Positions 50,930 to 61,848 of a stretch of 64,000 nt of DNA are shown piece after piece. A model generated the notes under the pieces. The model did no database searches and had not been told where the DNA came from. It worked only from the letters and a program-made list of their open reading frames with translations. The DNA comes from Flectonema sp. DT1601. Lineage: Eukaryota. Location of the stretch: assembly GCA_964019425.1 (NCBI GenBank), contig OZ025780.1, positions 992,001 to 1,056,000 of the forward strand, given 5' to 3'. Position 1 is the first letter of the stretch. Every line of letters starts with the position of its first letter. Made by a program: the position numbers and the translations under genes.

Positions 50930-51667
50930 CTGCAGTCTACCTGGAATATCAATCCGTTCATATCTGAGCACCGATCCTCGCGGACGGTTCTCTGATTCCA
51001 ATAACCTACCTGGACTGCTCGATATCACATCCGCTGAGATCTACTTCCTTCTTCAATCCTAAATATCTGATGTTATCAATCAAATCATCAAACTCTTCTT
51101 ATCATAAGCAGCGATGTCAGATCTGACATTGTGGAAGAGAAGCTAAAATAAAACAAAACTGCTCAGAGCAGTGATTGTTATCAGAGATAAAGTCTTGTCA
51201 GTTTTTGGTCATGACCAGGACAGGGTGAGATACAGGAGCAACTTCAGAAAGAGCTACACATACCTTCTTCCAAAGAATAAACCTTAGTTGTGATGTCTTT
51301 TGCGCAATTCCGTTTTCCACTATAAATCAGCATGTAAGCGCTTGTTCATATCTGCTTAAGGCAAGACGTTGGCAACTCATTTGTCTCTTATTGGTTATGG
51401 AGTTAGGTAACAGACTTACTCTCACCTGTTTCAAGGGTGATTGAGAAGTCATCTAACTGTATCCTTTCTGGGGACTCCATTAGCTTTTACATGTAATTGG
51501 ATCTCATCAATACTCATGTAAGCATATGAATTGGTAATTAGAAAGACTACTTCACTGATCAGCTTGTCATCTGTCTCATCATTGAGGTATCTAGATAGTT
51601 GAAGGTATCGGAGGATAAAGCTGTCTGGTAGTAATGGACGTTGACGTAGTTCCTTTGCTGAGAACAC
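50930..51667 (-). pseudogene. Possible degenerate tyrosine recombinase of a YR-type mobile element
   Basis: Across frameshifts and stops: FLITNSYAYMSIDEI (box I-like), SITLETGESKS (SKT-like), NIRYLGL...SGCDIEQ (box II HxxRxG-like), and SVLRYER (catalytic Tyr-like). Motif order is correct but the matches are weak. Confidence 0.4.
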
Positions 51668-52410
51668 TATGAGTGAAGTTAATCATTATTTGTTTGATGT
51701 TCTTACGATTTGAATTTTAATTATTATTATTATTATTTTTTTTTTTTTTTTTACCATTTTTCATTAACAACAAAACAGAGTAAGGAAGGAACCACCTCGC
51801 GTTATGACCGCCAAGTCAAAAACTTCAACCCGATTTAGGGAGCAAACGACTGCACCACCTCGTATGGTATTCAAGTAGCAGTAGTGTATGACTGAGGGAT
51901 AACCATTCAAAGTGACTCTCGCACTAGTAGCGACTAGGCAGTAGGAGGTGTACTGCTTCGTTCTGACCTTGAGGGCAGGTCTAAAAAGAAGTTTATAACC
52001 GTTGCGGAGGTAAAGAGTGGGCCAGGCCAGTGTTTTGTTTTTCAATTACCCTTCGTAACGTATTTTATCTGTTCTCTTTTTTTCTTTTTTTTCTGGCACA
52101 TTTATTTCCTCGTTGATCGCTTACTTCGGTAACGTGGTTTCCTTTTTTTTTTTTGTTATTCCCCCTCAACACGACTCATTATTTTCCTTTTAGGCTTGAT
52201 TCTCAGGTTATTTCAGTTCGTTATCCTTTGTTATCGGACCCCCCGAGACCCCTCTCCCGCCACTGTCGCAGTCGCAACAGACGACAGAAGAAAAAAAAAA
52301 AAAAAAAAAAATGGAACTATTTATTGCTCTTCTTCTTCATTGTTTTTATCGTGTATGAAAATTGAGCACGTTACAGTTTTTTTTTATATTTTTTGTTCTT
52401 TTGCGAGTTC

Positions 52411-52442
<32 letters not shown>

Positions 52443-52902
52443 TCGTCGTCACCCCTTTTAAACTTCACATCTCACTCCAGATCACGCAGTCGCGCTTTTT
52501 AAGAGAAAGGACTTGCGACAGGTGGCTTTCACAATACCAGATTGCTTTGTTAATTTTTTATTTTTTATTTTTTTTATTTTCCTTTTTGTCAATTCTTCGA
52601 AGCACTTTCTTTCAACTGATGTCATTAGAGTTGTCAGTTACAACTTTTTTCTTCATCCGGGTTTTTTTTTTAAAAAAAACAAAAAAAACAAAAAATGAAA
52701 TAATTCCAGCACTGTGCAGGATCAACATGTGATTGGTGAATATGAAAAAAAAAAAAAAGAATAAGAAAAAATTCTTCTTGCATGGCAATCTGCCAGTATG
52801 ACCGGACGAAGCGACTATATTGCATTGGCAGCGATCTTTCGTCCCTTTTCCCCCCCCTTTTTCTTTTTTCTCCCTTCTCCATTTTCTCTTATTTTTTTAT
52901 GC

Positions 52903-52941
<39 letters not shown>

Positions 52942-53142
52942 CTTCAGCATATGTCTTGCGGCGAGGTAGGCAACCCGCTGATAGACGTTAACTTATTTTT
53001 TTTAAATCCACTGCAAGTAAATTTTCATTCATGGTGAGAAATTTCGAATCAGGTTAAAAAAAGTAGCCCACACTGTTTGAGGAAATTGAGTTCATTTTTT
53101 TTGTATCTATTTTTAATCACAGTAGCTATTTTTTTTAACTTG

Positions 53143-53180
<38 letters not shown>

Positions 53181-54863
53181 CAGACCTTCATAAGACAATT
53201 CAATATAAAAGAATACTCCCGTGTGTACTTAAAGTAAGTTCGTGTATCTACACTACGCTTAAATCACACCTTTTTTTTTTTTTTTTTTTTTTTTTTCCAC
53301 GTCGGTTGGTTAATGTTGTGATTCTTATGATTATTTCTGTGCGTTGTTGTCGTTGTTTTTTAATTTCTTTTATACGTTTTGTGTTACAGTGATTTTCAAG
53401 TAGAAGGGGGAAAAAAAAAAAAAAAAAAAAAAAAAGGAGAAATTGAAATTTTCTACCTGATGTGAATGGTACACGATGGCACACATCAGGCAGTTAATTT
53501 GCAAAAAACCCCCCAAAAAAAAAAGTCGGTTGTATGGGAAAGAAAAAAAGTACCAGAAAAAAAACAAAAAATAAAAAAAAATAGGAAAAAAACATCAAAT
53601 TATCATCAAAATGTGAATAATCTTAAGAACAGATTACAACTTCGATAAAGAAGAAAAGGAAAAAAAAAAAAAAAAAAAATGAAATTCAAAATTTCGCGCC
53701 TTTTTTATTGCGATCAGAAAACAAACATTTATTTTTTTTCCCTTTTCTCCATTTTATTTTTCTTGAAAACTGGCAAAAAAAAAAAAAAAGGATCATCAAA
53801 TTTTGTTGAGTTTTTTTTTTTTTTTCACCTTTTTTTTCTTCTTCACAAGCATGTCTTTGGCAACCGTTTTTTTTCTTCTCTTTTGAATGTCATTACTTTT
53901 TTTGTAGGAAAAATCTTCTTGAATTGCCGAAGAAAAAAAAAGGAAGAAACAAATACGAGACGGAAATAATGACTACTACTATGTTTTTTTTTGCTTGCAT
54001 AAAAATATCAATCAACCAAACAAAATTTAGACTTTAAAAAAAAAACAAAAAAAAAAAAAAGTGTTCCACGTGAAGTTGCTTGTTAGCGACCACAAGCGAT
54101 CCGGTTCTATAGATTTTACTAGGCTTTTGGTAGAAAAGGAAAAAAAAATAGGTTTGAAGAAAAAAAAAAAAAAAAAAAAAAAAAGATCTACTTAATGTTG
54201 TGATTACATGGAAACCATGTCATCATTCTCGTTAAGGAGAGTCTTCTTACCGGTCCTTGTCTTGGAGACTTAGAACTGACTAACTTTAGATTAGCTGTTG
54301 TTGGATGTTGATTACTAGCTTAGGTGAAAAAAAAAAAAAAAAAAGAAATGGATGCCGACACCCGTTGCATCTTTCTTTTTTTTTTTTTTTCAGTCTATGG
54401 TTGTTCTGTCCTCGCCTTCAGTTCATGAAAAAAACAGCCGCGAAGGACTGTTTCTGTAGACGTATATCATAAAATCCGTCTTGATTATTCGTGAGCTTTT
54501 CATAGCAGATTTTGCTTTTTTTTTTTTTTTTTTTTTTTTTTTTGGTGTTTTGTGTTCGTGTTCACCGTACTTCCCACACCCCCATCTTTTTGAGTTTCTA
54601 CCTTCAGTGTAGACTGGAGGAGGTAAGGTACTCTCTCTACATCGTGAATTACCACCTGCGAGTTTACAGACAGACACAGCAAGACACGGTTTAAAAAAAA
54701 AAACGATCAAAGGTAACAAATACAATTATTATTGTTTCTAACAGAACACAGCTATGGTTAGTAACGGAAGGGAGGGATGTCGCGAAAATGTGTTTTCGTG
54801 TAGTTCAATCCAACAAAGTAAATAATCATCGTATCTCCTCCACTTCAGTATTACCTTAAGACA

Positions 54864-55425
54864 ATGCCAGGAAAGAAAGTTACCAGAGCCCCAGTCGAGG
54901 CGGTCAGACTTGGGCCAAACGTTGACTCCGACACTAACGTGTTCGGTGTTTGCCACATCTTCGCGTCATTCAACGACACCTTCGTGGTATGTGATATTGG
55001 AGAGGTTTTAAAAATAAAAAAAAGTAATTCCCTTTTACTGCTATCAAAGCTTTAACAGTTTGTTATTCTCCCTGAAAACACTAATAAAACAACAGCACGT
55101 AACTGACACCAGTGGAAGAGAAACCTACGTCAGAGCCACTGGAGGAATGAAGGTTAAGGCTGACAGAGACGAGTCCTCTCCATACGCTGCTATGCTTGCC
55201 GCGCAGGATGTTGCCGCCAGATGCAAGGAGATCGGTGTCAACGCTCTTCACATTAAGATGAGAGCCACCGGAGGAGTTGGTACCAAGTCACCAGGACCAG
55301 GAGCACAGGCTGCTCTTCGTGCTCTTGCCCGTGCGGGAATCAAGATTGGACGTATTGAAGATGTGACTCCAACCCCAACTGACTGCACTCGTCGTAAGGG
55401 TGGTCGTCGTGGTCGCCGTTTGTAA
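54864..55425 (+). CDS. RPS14: 40S ribosomal protein S14 (uS11); exons 54864-54986, 55096-55425
   Basis: [19 protein letters not shown]...[25 protein letters not shown]...[11 protein letters not shown]; intron 54987-55095. Confidence 0.98.
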
Positions 55426-55730
55426 GCGGTCGGCTTGTTTCGCATTTCTTTCTTTCAGATTCTTAAGGTTTCCATAATTATCAATCGATTTTAGTTGAAA
55501 AAAAAAAAGCACCCGAAAAAAAAAAAAAAATTGAAAAAAATAAAATAAATTTTTTTTTAAATATTTTTTTTAAAATGAAAAATACGTCGTTGTGAGTTTA
55601 AACAGCTTCAACAACTTATTTTTTTTTATTATTAAAAATACGTAATTTACATGTTTGCAAATTCATTTTTATTTATTTTTAAATCACCCCAACAGAAAAA
55701 AAAAGAAGGATATCAAAATTCACACTAAAC

Positions 55731-56936
55731 ATGGATTATATTCCTTTATTTATCGCAGCGCTTACTGCAGTGACTGAAGTGTTGTTGATCGCGTTGTTCG
55801 GAGCTTGGGTTTCATATAAAGGAGTTTTTCCAAAAGAGAATATAAAAATCGTCGATAAGCTAGTTATGGAGCTATTCACTCCTTGTTTAATTATAAGTAA
55901 GGTAATCCCTACAGCTGATCCTGAGATACTAAAGGAGATGTGGCCTTTGGTTGTTTTATGTTGTTGGGATATATTTTGGGGTCTTGCTTTGGGTTTTATC
56001 GCTGCAAAGATTCTCAAATCAAAACACTCTGGAGTCATGCAAGCAGCCATCGCTTTTCCGAATGCGATTTCATCTTGTTACACGTTAGCCATTGCATTAT
56101 CAAAGACTGAACCTGTTCAACTGTTGGCTTCTTCTTCAGGTTTGTATAAGGGAAGTTCATCCGAAGTTGAGTCAGCGCTCATTGGCCGAGCCACTGCATT
56201 GGTTTTAACTTCAACAGTGTGGTGGAACTTTGCTCGTTGGACAGTTGCTTACAGTCTGTTGTCTAAATCTATAGAACAAAGCTGGACTGAAAAACTCAAA
56301 AAAGTGTTTACTCCTCCACCTGTGATTGCTTGCTTTATTGCTTTTATTTTTGGAGCTATTACACCCGTAAGAGAATGGTGGAAGGCGGGGAATGTTTTAG
56401 CGGACGCTGTTGAAATAGGAGGGAGGTCGATGGTCCCCTGCGTATTGATAGTGCTTGGTGCGAGAGTGTATTGGGTTATTAGTGATTATAAAAATAAAAA
56501 ATCCGATCAAATTGAACTGAAGGAAATCAACGAAGATGCTGTTGATACGGTCGAAGAGACTCCTGAAATAGTAATCCCCGACAACCTTTGTTTTAAAGAA
56601 CAGATGGTAATCTTATTGATCAAACAGGGCGTTTGTATTCCACTAGCCCTCGTGTTTACTTTTATAATGTCAAAAGTAACATCAGATCCTATGTTGTTGA
56701 TAGTCGCGTTCCTTCAAGCGGTTGGTCCTCCCATGATTAATTTATCGATCATGGCAGGTCTTCAGGGAAACTATGAAAGATCTCTGTCAGAGCTACTGAT
56801 GTACACGTATTCGTTCTCAATTATTAGTTGGATGGTTGCGATCTTCTTTTGCTTACAATTGTTAACGTCGGTTCTTCCTTACGATGCTGACTTTGGAAAT
56901 CAATCCTCCACCTTGACGGTAACCGTCCTTGAGTAG
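55731..56936 (+). CDS. Auxin efflux carrier / PIN-LIKES (Mem_trans) family membrane transporter
   Basis: About 10 hydrophobic helices in two blocks; LVMELFTPCLIISK, AIAFPN, PPPVIA and VPCVLIVLGA motifs. Confidence 0.8.
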   Translation: MDYIPLFIAALTAVTEVLLIALFGAWVSYKGVFPKENIKIVDKLVMELFTPCLIISKVIPTADPEILKEMWPLVVLCCWDIFWGLALGFIAAKILKSKHSGVMQAAIAFPNAISSCYTLAIALSKTEPVQLLASSSGLYKGSSSEVESALIGRATALVLTSTVWWNFARWTVAYSLLSKSIEQSWTEKLKKVFTPPPVIACFIAFIFGAITPVREWWKAGNVLADAVEIGGRSMVPCVLIVLGARVYWVISDYKNKKSDQIELKEINEDAVDTVEETPEIVIPDNLCFKEQMVILLIKQGVCIPLALVFTFIMSKVTSDPMLLIVAFLQAVGPPMINLSIMAGLQGNYERSLSELLMYTYSFSIISWMVAIFFCLQLLTSVLPYDADFGNQSSTLTVTVLE

Positions 56937-57303
56937 GGACGAGCTCAGAAGCTGTACCCTATTTTCTTATGTTTTTTTCTCAACAATTATTATCAACTTG
57001 TTGAGTAGCAGCTGATGCTGTCTTCCTTTTTGGATTCTGTTCTCCGTTTAAATTATTTTTTTTTTTTGGCCGAAATTAGGATTTTACTAAAAAAGTCGTT
57101 GCGAGTGGCCAGTTGTTGTTTTCTTCGTCACACGAAGAGGGTTACATTTCTTTTGGGTATTTCAGTTTATACATCAAAACATAATGAGACGCGTTTGAGT
57201 TGATTTCAGTTTTAATTAATTAGATTTCCGAGTAACAGTTCGACAGATTGAATCTCTTTTCCATTCATCAGAATATAACTTTGTCGTATACAATAATGAC
57301 CTG

Positions 57304-57915
57304 ATGTCAGAATTATGGGACACAGACTCATACATAAGTGGCTCCACAGGAGGGATGGTGGTAGCACAACTGGAGACGGTTAACAGCAGCTCAGTTCCAA
57401 GTACTGTCGCATGTGAAGAAGAAGAAACTGAAAAACCCCAAACTACAATACGCCAGCAGGGTATTCTGAATTCTGTTGACAGAGGAATGAAGGAAGCTAA
57501 AGTTAGTTTAAAAGATTTCACATTTGGAGAAGCAGCAAACAAAACACCAAGTCCATCTCATGAAGATCGAAAAAAGAGCTATCTGAGTACAGACAATGCT
57601 GAGCGTAAGCAGAGCAACCTCTCTCGACGAGGCTCCCGTTTTGGTAGCTACTCTGGAGCTGCTTCTCCAGAAGGTGAAGAACCACCGACTGCTCCGTACG
57701 CAGCTGATCAAAGTTCTGAAGATAATAAAAAGTCTAAAAAAGGTTGTTGTTCGATTCTTAAAAAGATTCTTTGCTGCTGCAGCTGCTGTAAGAGTAACTC
57801 AACTGATGAAGATGACAACACGACTGCTGATCATCAGACTGCCACTGCCGATAATAATGCACCGGACGGATCTCCAAAAGCTGAGTCACAACGTCGGGCG
57901 AGTATCCTATCTTAG
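57304..57915 (+). CDS. Hypothetical low-complexity protein with cysteine string
   Basis: 203-aa ORF, S/E/T-rich, containing KKGCCSILKKILCCCSCCK (probable palmitoylation cluster). Confidence 0.65.
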   Translation: MSELWDTDSYISGSTGGMVVAQLETVNSSSVPSTVACEEEETEKPQTTIRQQGILNSVDRGMKEAKVSLKDFTFGEAANKTPSPSHEDRKKSYLSTDNAERKQSNLSRRGSRFGSYSGAASPEGEEPPTAPYAADQSSEDNKKSKKGCCSILKKILCCCSCCKSNSTDEDDNTTADHQTATADNNAPDGSPKAESQRRASILS

Positions 57916-58287
57916 TGTTACTGGTCTGCTGTGTAAGAAGTAGTTCTGTATTATAATGATATGAAGTCTGAAGGAGGATTCATAGTGTCCTCGCATCACG
58001 TGATCAATTACACCTCTGAGAGAAAATAATCTGTTGCTTTTATCGTGAGCATTGCTTGCTTTCCTTTTTTTTCTGTAGTTCTCCCAGTACCCCTCTTTTT
58101 ATTATACATTTCATATTGACTACACACATTCGGTTAAATTATGTTTCTTAGATAATTTTTTGATAATTTTTCTTTTATTCCCCAGTCGATTTTGCTTTGA
58201 TATGTGTTGCGAAGGTTATTTGTTTTGTTTTGTTTGTTTCCTAATTTTCTTTTTTACTTCCAGCAGATCAGGGAGGGGATCTCAACG

Positions 58288-60195
58288 ATGCCATCTGCCG
58301 GAGAGCGGTACGATGCGCAGAAGGATAGTTTATCGTTACCTGAAGCCCTAAGTGGTGTTCAGGGTGACTCAACAGTTGGATTCGGAACATCCAAAGACCG
58401 CTACAGTAGACAAAAGGAAGCAGTCTCACTACCTGAAGGACTCGCAGCATTCTCATCAAGTAATGAAGCAGGAGTCACGAGTGTTGGAGGAAATAATCAA
58501 TTAGGAAGAGGACAACCATCTTCAGCTCCTTTTCGTACAATGGGTAAAGGCAGAGGAGGTCCTAAACCTCCAGTAGCATGTAAGTTTTACAGCCAAGGCA
58601 CGTGTATGAAAGGAGACCAGTGCCCATTTTCTCATAACACTCCAGGAGGAAGTGTCTCTCCTCATGCTCCAGGTGCTCACAATGCTTGGGATTCATCATC
58701 GATGCACATGCCACCAAGTGGTCATTCACAGATGCATGACCATTCGATGTATCCACCGTCAGCATATTCACAGAGCGGATATCAGTCCATGCCAACTACT
58801 ACTTCGTACACTTCTGATATACCTCCTCATCCGTCAGATAACTTTGCTGGTGCAGGTTGGTCTCAAAAGGCAACTCTCTACCGTCACCTTGCTGACCGAA
58901 CACTACTTCAACAACAAATGGGCTATGGTAAATATCCTGGTTATAAGAATTATGAACAAGCTGAGGGTGACATTCCAGAAGGAGCAGAACCTGAGTCTTC
59001 AGAAATCGAAGAAGAAGAAGATGATGATGAAGGAAGTGGGAAGGTAACAACAATAAGAGATAGACTCAATCAACTGTACTCTGCTAGTAATCATGAAGGG
59101 CTTCTATTTCCATCTCTCGTATCTATTGTAGAAGACTGGGAGATAGCAGACAGCGATCTAATTCTAGGTCTTGGTACTAATGCTATAGGTCTTACTAGAT
59201 TCAAATCTGTATTAATGAAGAGAAGTATTCGTCATTGTAGTGATGCTGGTCACACTGCAGCATTTGAATCACTTATTGAGTGGGAGAAAGCGTTGTTACC
59301 GTGGCTGCCGCAGGTCCCCGGAAAGGGTGATCGCGAAATGTCATTTTCAAAATATTTTGAGAACAATCTGTGTACCAGAATGTTACAAGTTCTCTGTTGT
59401 ATGGCGGCGTCACCGTTCACCAGATTCCGTCTTCCGGAAGGTGCTGGAGTAGAGTCAGCTCAGAGTGATCCTGCTGCTCAAGTTGTTGGCTACTGGAGAC
59501 CGTTTAGTAGTCGTCATATTGAGAAATCGATAGAACGTAACTTCCCTCAACATTCCAAAACACTTCTCAAGGAAGCCGGTCTTTACTGTGGTGCGGTGAC
59601 TATATGGACACCATCAACCCATCACATGTGGCCTGTTCCATTCCGTGGACGTGTTTCTGCATTTGTCCGCGCAAGCACCCTCAATCGCCTTTATAAAGTA
59701 GACATGATTTGCTTGTGTATGTACTTTGTTATTTTAGTATTAAAAAGCAAAACAAAACAAAACAAACCAACACAACCAGGTGGTATAATGGACTACCTCC
59801 CACCAGTCTGTGCGGAGGATGTTCCTACCGAGGATGCGACCGTCGGAAAACACGATTTCCTCGACATCGTTTGCGCAGTGTTAGCCCACTACTCTTTGAA
59901 CGCGTTGGGTTCTATTGGAGAAGAAGCTCTTGCTCAGGTAGGTGATTACTCGATTTCCCCTCTGTCGAATTTTTTGTGTCTGGAAAAAAAAAAAAAAAAA
60001 AAACAGGCTAAGGAGCGTCTTGGAGAAGCAGTTTGGCCACTCGTCCTCGGAGTATTTGGGGAGACAATCGCACCCAAGATCACAGGAATGTTCTTACAGA
60101 TGGATATGGAAGACTTGTTATTGGATTTAGTAAACGCGCACAGATTCTCTGAATCTTTGGAAGAAGCAATGAAGGTTCTGGAATCAAGCAATTAG
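58288..60195 (+). CDS. CCCH zinc-finger protein with C-terminal MLLE (PABC) domain; in-frame introns 59717-59779 and 59938-60006
   Basis: CKFYSQGTCMKGDQCPFSH (C-x7-C-x5-C-x3-H); C-terminal KERLGEAVWPLV...APKITGMFLQMD...EAMKVL matches the MLLE consensus LGE.LYP.V...AGKITGMLLE. Confidence 0.85.
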   Translation: MPSAGERYDAQKDSLSLPEALSGVQGDSTVGFGTSKDRYSRQKEAVSLPEGLAAFSSSNEAGVTSVGGNNQLGRGQPSSAPFRTMGKGRGGPKPPVACKFYSQGTCMKGDQCPFSHNTPGGSVSPHAPGAHNAWDSSSMHMPPSGHSQMHDHSMYPPSAYSQSGYQSMPTTTSYTSDIPPHPSDNFAGAGWSQKATLYRHLADRTLLQQQMGYGKYPGYKNYEQAEGDIPEGAEPESSEIEEEEDDDEGSGKVTTIRDRLNQLYSASNHEGLLFPSLVSIVEDWEIADSDLILGLGTNAIGLTRFKSVLMKRSIRHCSDAGHTAAFESLIEWEKALLPWLPQVPGKGDREMSFSKYFENNLCTRMLQVLCCMAASPFTRFRLPEGAGVESAQSDPAAQVVGYWRPFSSRHIEKSIERNFPQHSKTLLKEAGLYCGAVTIWTPSTHHMWPVPFRGRVSAFVRASTLNRLYKVDMICLCMYFVILVLKSKTKQNKPTQPGGIMDYLPPVCAEDVPTEDATVGKHDFLDIVCAVLAHYSLNALGSIGEEALAQVGDYSISPLSNFLCLEKKKKKKQAKERLGEAVWPLVLGVFGETIAPKITGMFLQMDMEDLLLDLVNAHRFSESLEEAMKVLESSN

Positions 60196-61162
60196 GTATT
60201 CTCTCCCCTGATTTTTTTTCATGCTGGGGAAAAAACGAACTTCACTCCCCCTTTAGGGAGCAGCCATACAAAACATGAAAAGCGTTCATCATGCGACCAA
60301 TGTCCTAAAATAAAATTTTGTCTTTGGTACTTCGTGTTCATACACATACGGATGTGGATATGGCAATCCTGTGGAGTATTTGAAGACTTGTTTTAAAAAA
60401 GATTACTTTTTTTTTATAATGTCACTGTACCATTTACAAAAGAATTAGCTATTTTAAGTGCTTCGGTGCCTGCTGTTGTTGTTGTTGTTGTTGTGTTTTT
60501 TGTCAACTGCAGCCGACTGTACAGCAGAGTACGTACAGCTTTTGAGCAAGAATTGCAAGCTCTTAATTCAAAAAAAAAAAAAAAAAAAGCGGAAGTTGTA
60601 CTTCAGCTTTTCATTCACGGACACAAGCTAGTGCTTCTGTTCCGTTTACCTAACAGGCGGAATTGCCATGGCAATTTCTTTTTTCCTTAATCAAGCCTTT
60701 TTTTGATTGGCCTATCAGTGGGGGGGGGGAGGGATTTATAAAAAAAAAAATGAAAAAAAAAAATAAAATAAAATAGTGAAAGAAATGCCAAAAAAAAAAA
60801 TAAAAAAAAATGAAACTGACCAAAGAAAGAAAATGGAAGAATGCAAAAGTAAAAAAATGAAAAAGAAAATGGTAAGTAACGATTAAAAAAAAATAAAAAA
60901 AAATACGGTTGAGAGCAACAGTTAAAACACGTCCCCCCGAACCTAACGACTGTTAGAAAATAGCCAGCCAATATTTATGGCGCAGCAACCGGCTGCTAGA
61001 TAATTGTTATTGTTAATTGCATTGTATTTGTTTCTTCTTACTCACAGATATGTATAATTAATGAATAAACTTACCACCTCTTCACATCCATCTCTCACAT
61101 TGTACCACTGTACCAGTAACAACTATTTCCTTATTTCAGGTGAGTTGGTCAGCTTCGATAAG

Positions 61163-61603
61163 ATGGCACCACTCCGCCCAAGTCAGAGTCTGCAACCTCT
61201 GCTGGTACCGATGCTTCTTTCAGATAGAGAAAACAAAGAAAGCAGATGGGACACTGCGGAGCACATGCTGGCACAACATCGTAGAAGCGATGCTATGCTT
61301 CGAGGGAATCAAAAAGAAGTGGAACTACTGAGGAGTAAAATCCAGCAGTCTAGCGGAGCAGCGAAGGCTGTTTTTGATGTGAGAAGTCGATCGATACCAG
61401 CAGAACCTGTGAGGATGGCACCAATGCCAGCACCTCCAATAAAAACACCTCCTCCGATATATAAAACACCTTCAGTCAGTTATAGTGATAATTGTTTTAT
61501 GACCCCGACTGTTACTGAATCACCTATCAGACTGGTAGGGTCAGTTCCTTCAGATCCTGTTTTCACACAATCACGTTATGTTAGTCCCTTGTATGATTAT
61601 TAA
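61163..61603 (+). CDS. Hypothetical Pro/Ser-rich protein
   Basis: ATG follows a pyrimidine tract plus AG at 61139; coding-like composition; no family recognised. Confidence 0.5.
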   Translation: MAPLRPSQSLQPLLVPMLLSDRENKESRWDTAEHMLAQHRRSDAMLRGNQKEVELLRSKIQQSSGAAKAVFDVRSRSIPAEPVRMAPMPAPPIKTPPPIYKTPSVSYSDNCFMTPTVTESPIRLVGSVPSDPVFTQSRYVSPLYDY

Positions 61604-61848
61604 CTGGTAGTAAGAAATAATATGGGCATGTCGTTAAGTTTAGAACACATGCTATGGTTACCCTGCCTATCTATGAGTTGATTTTGTGAAGGGGGGCTAC
61701 GACGCATTATTCATTCCAATGTAACTCTATTATTGTATTTTGTAGTTTATATTTGTATTTATTGATTTTTTTTCTTTTTGCGAATTGTTGTTGTTGCCTT
61801 TTTTTTAAAAAATTATATTTTTTTAACTAGGCGACCAACTACATAAAA

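Noticed and set aside
52050..54520. ORFs in the AT-rich spacer before RPS14
   Set aside because: Homopolymer-derived, with no recognisable domains.
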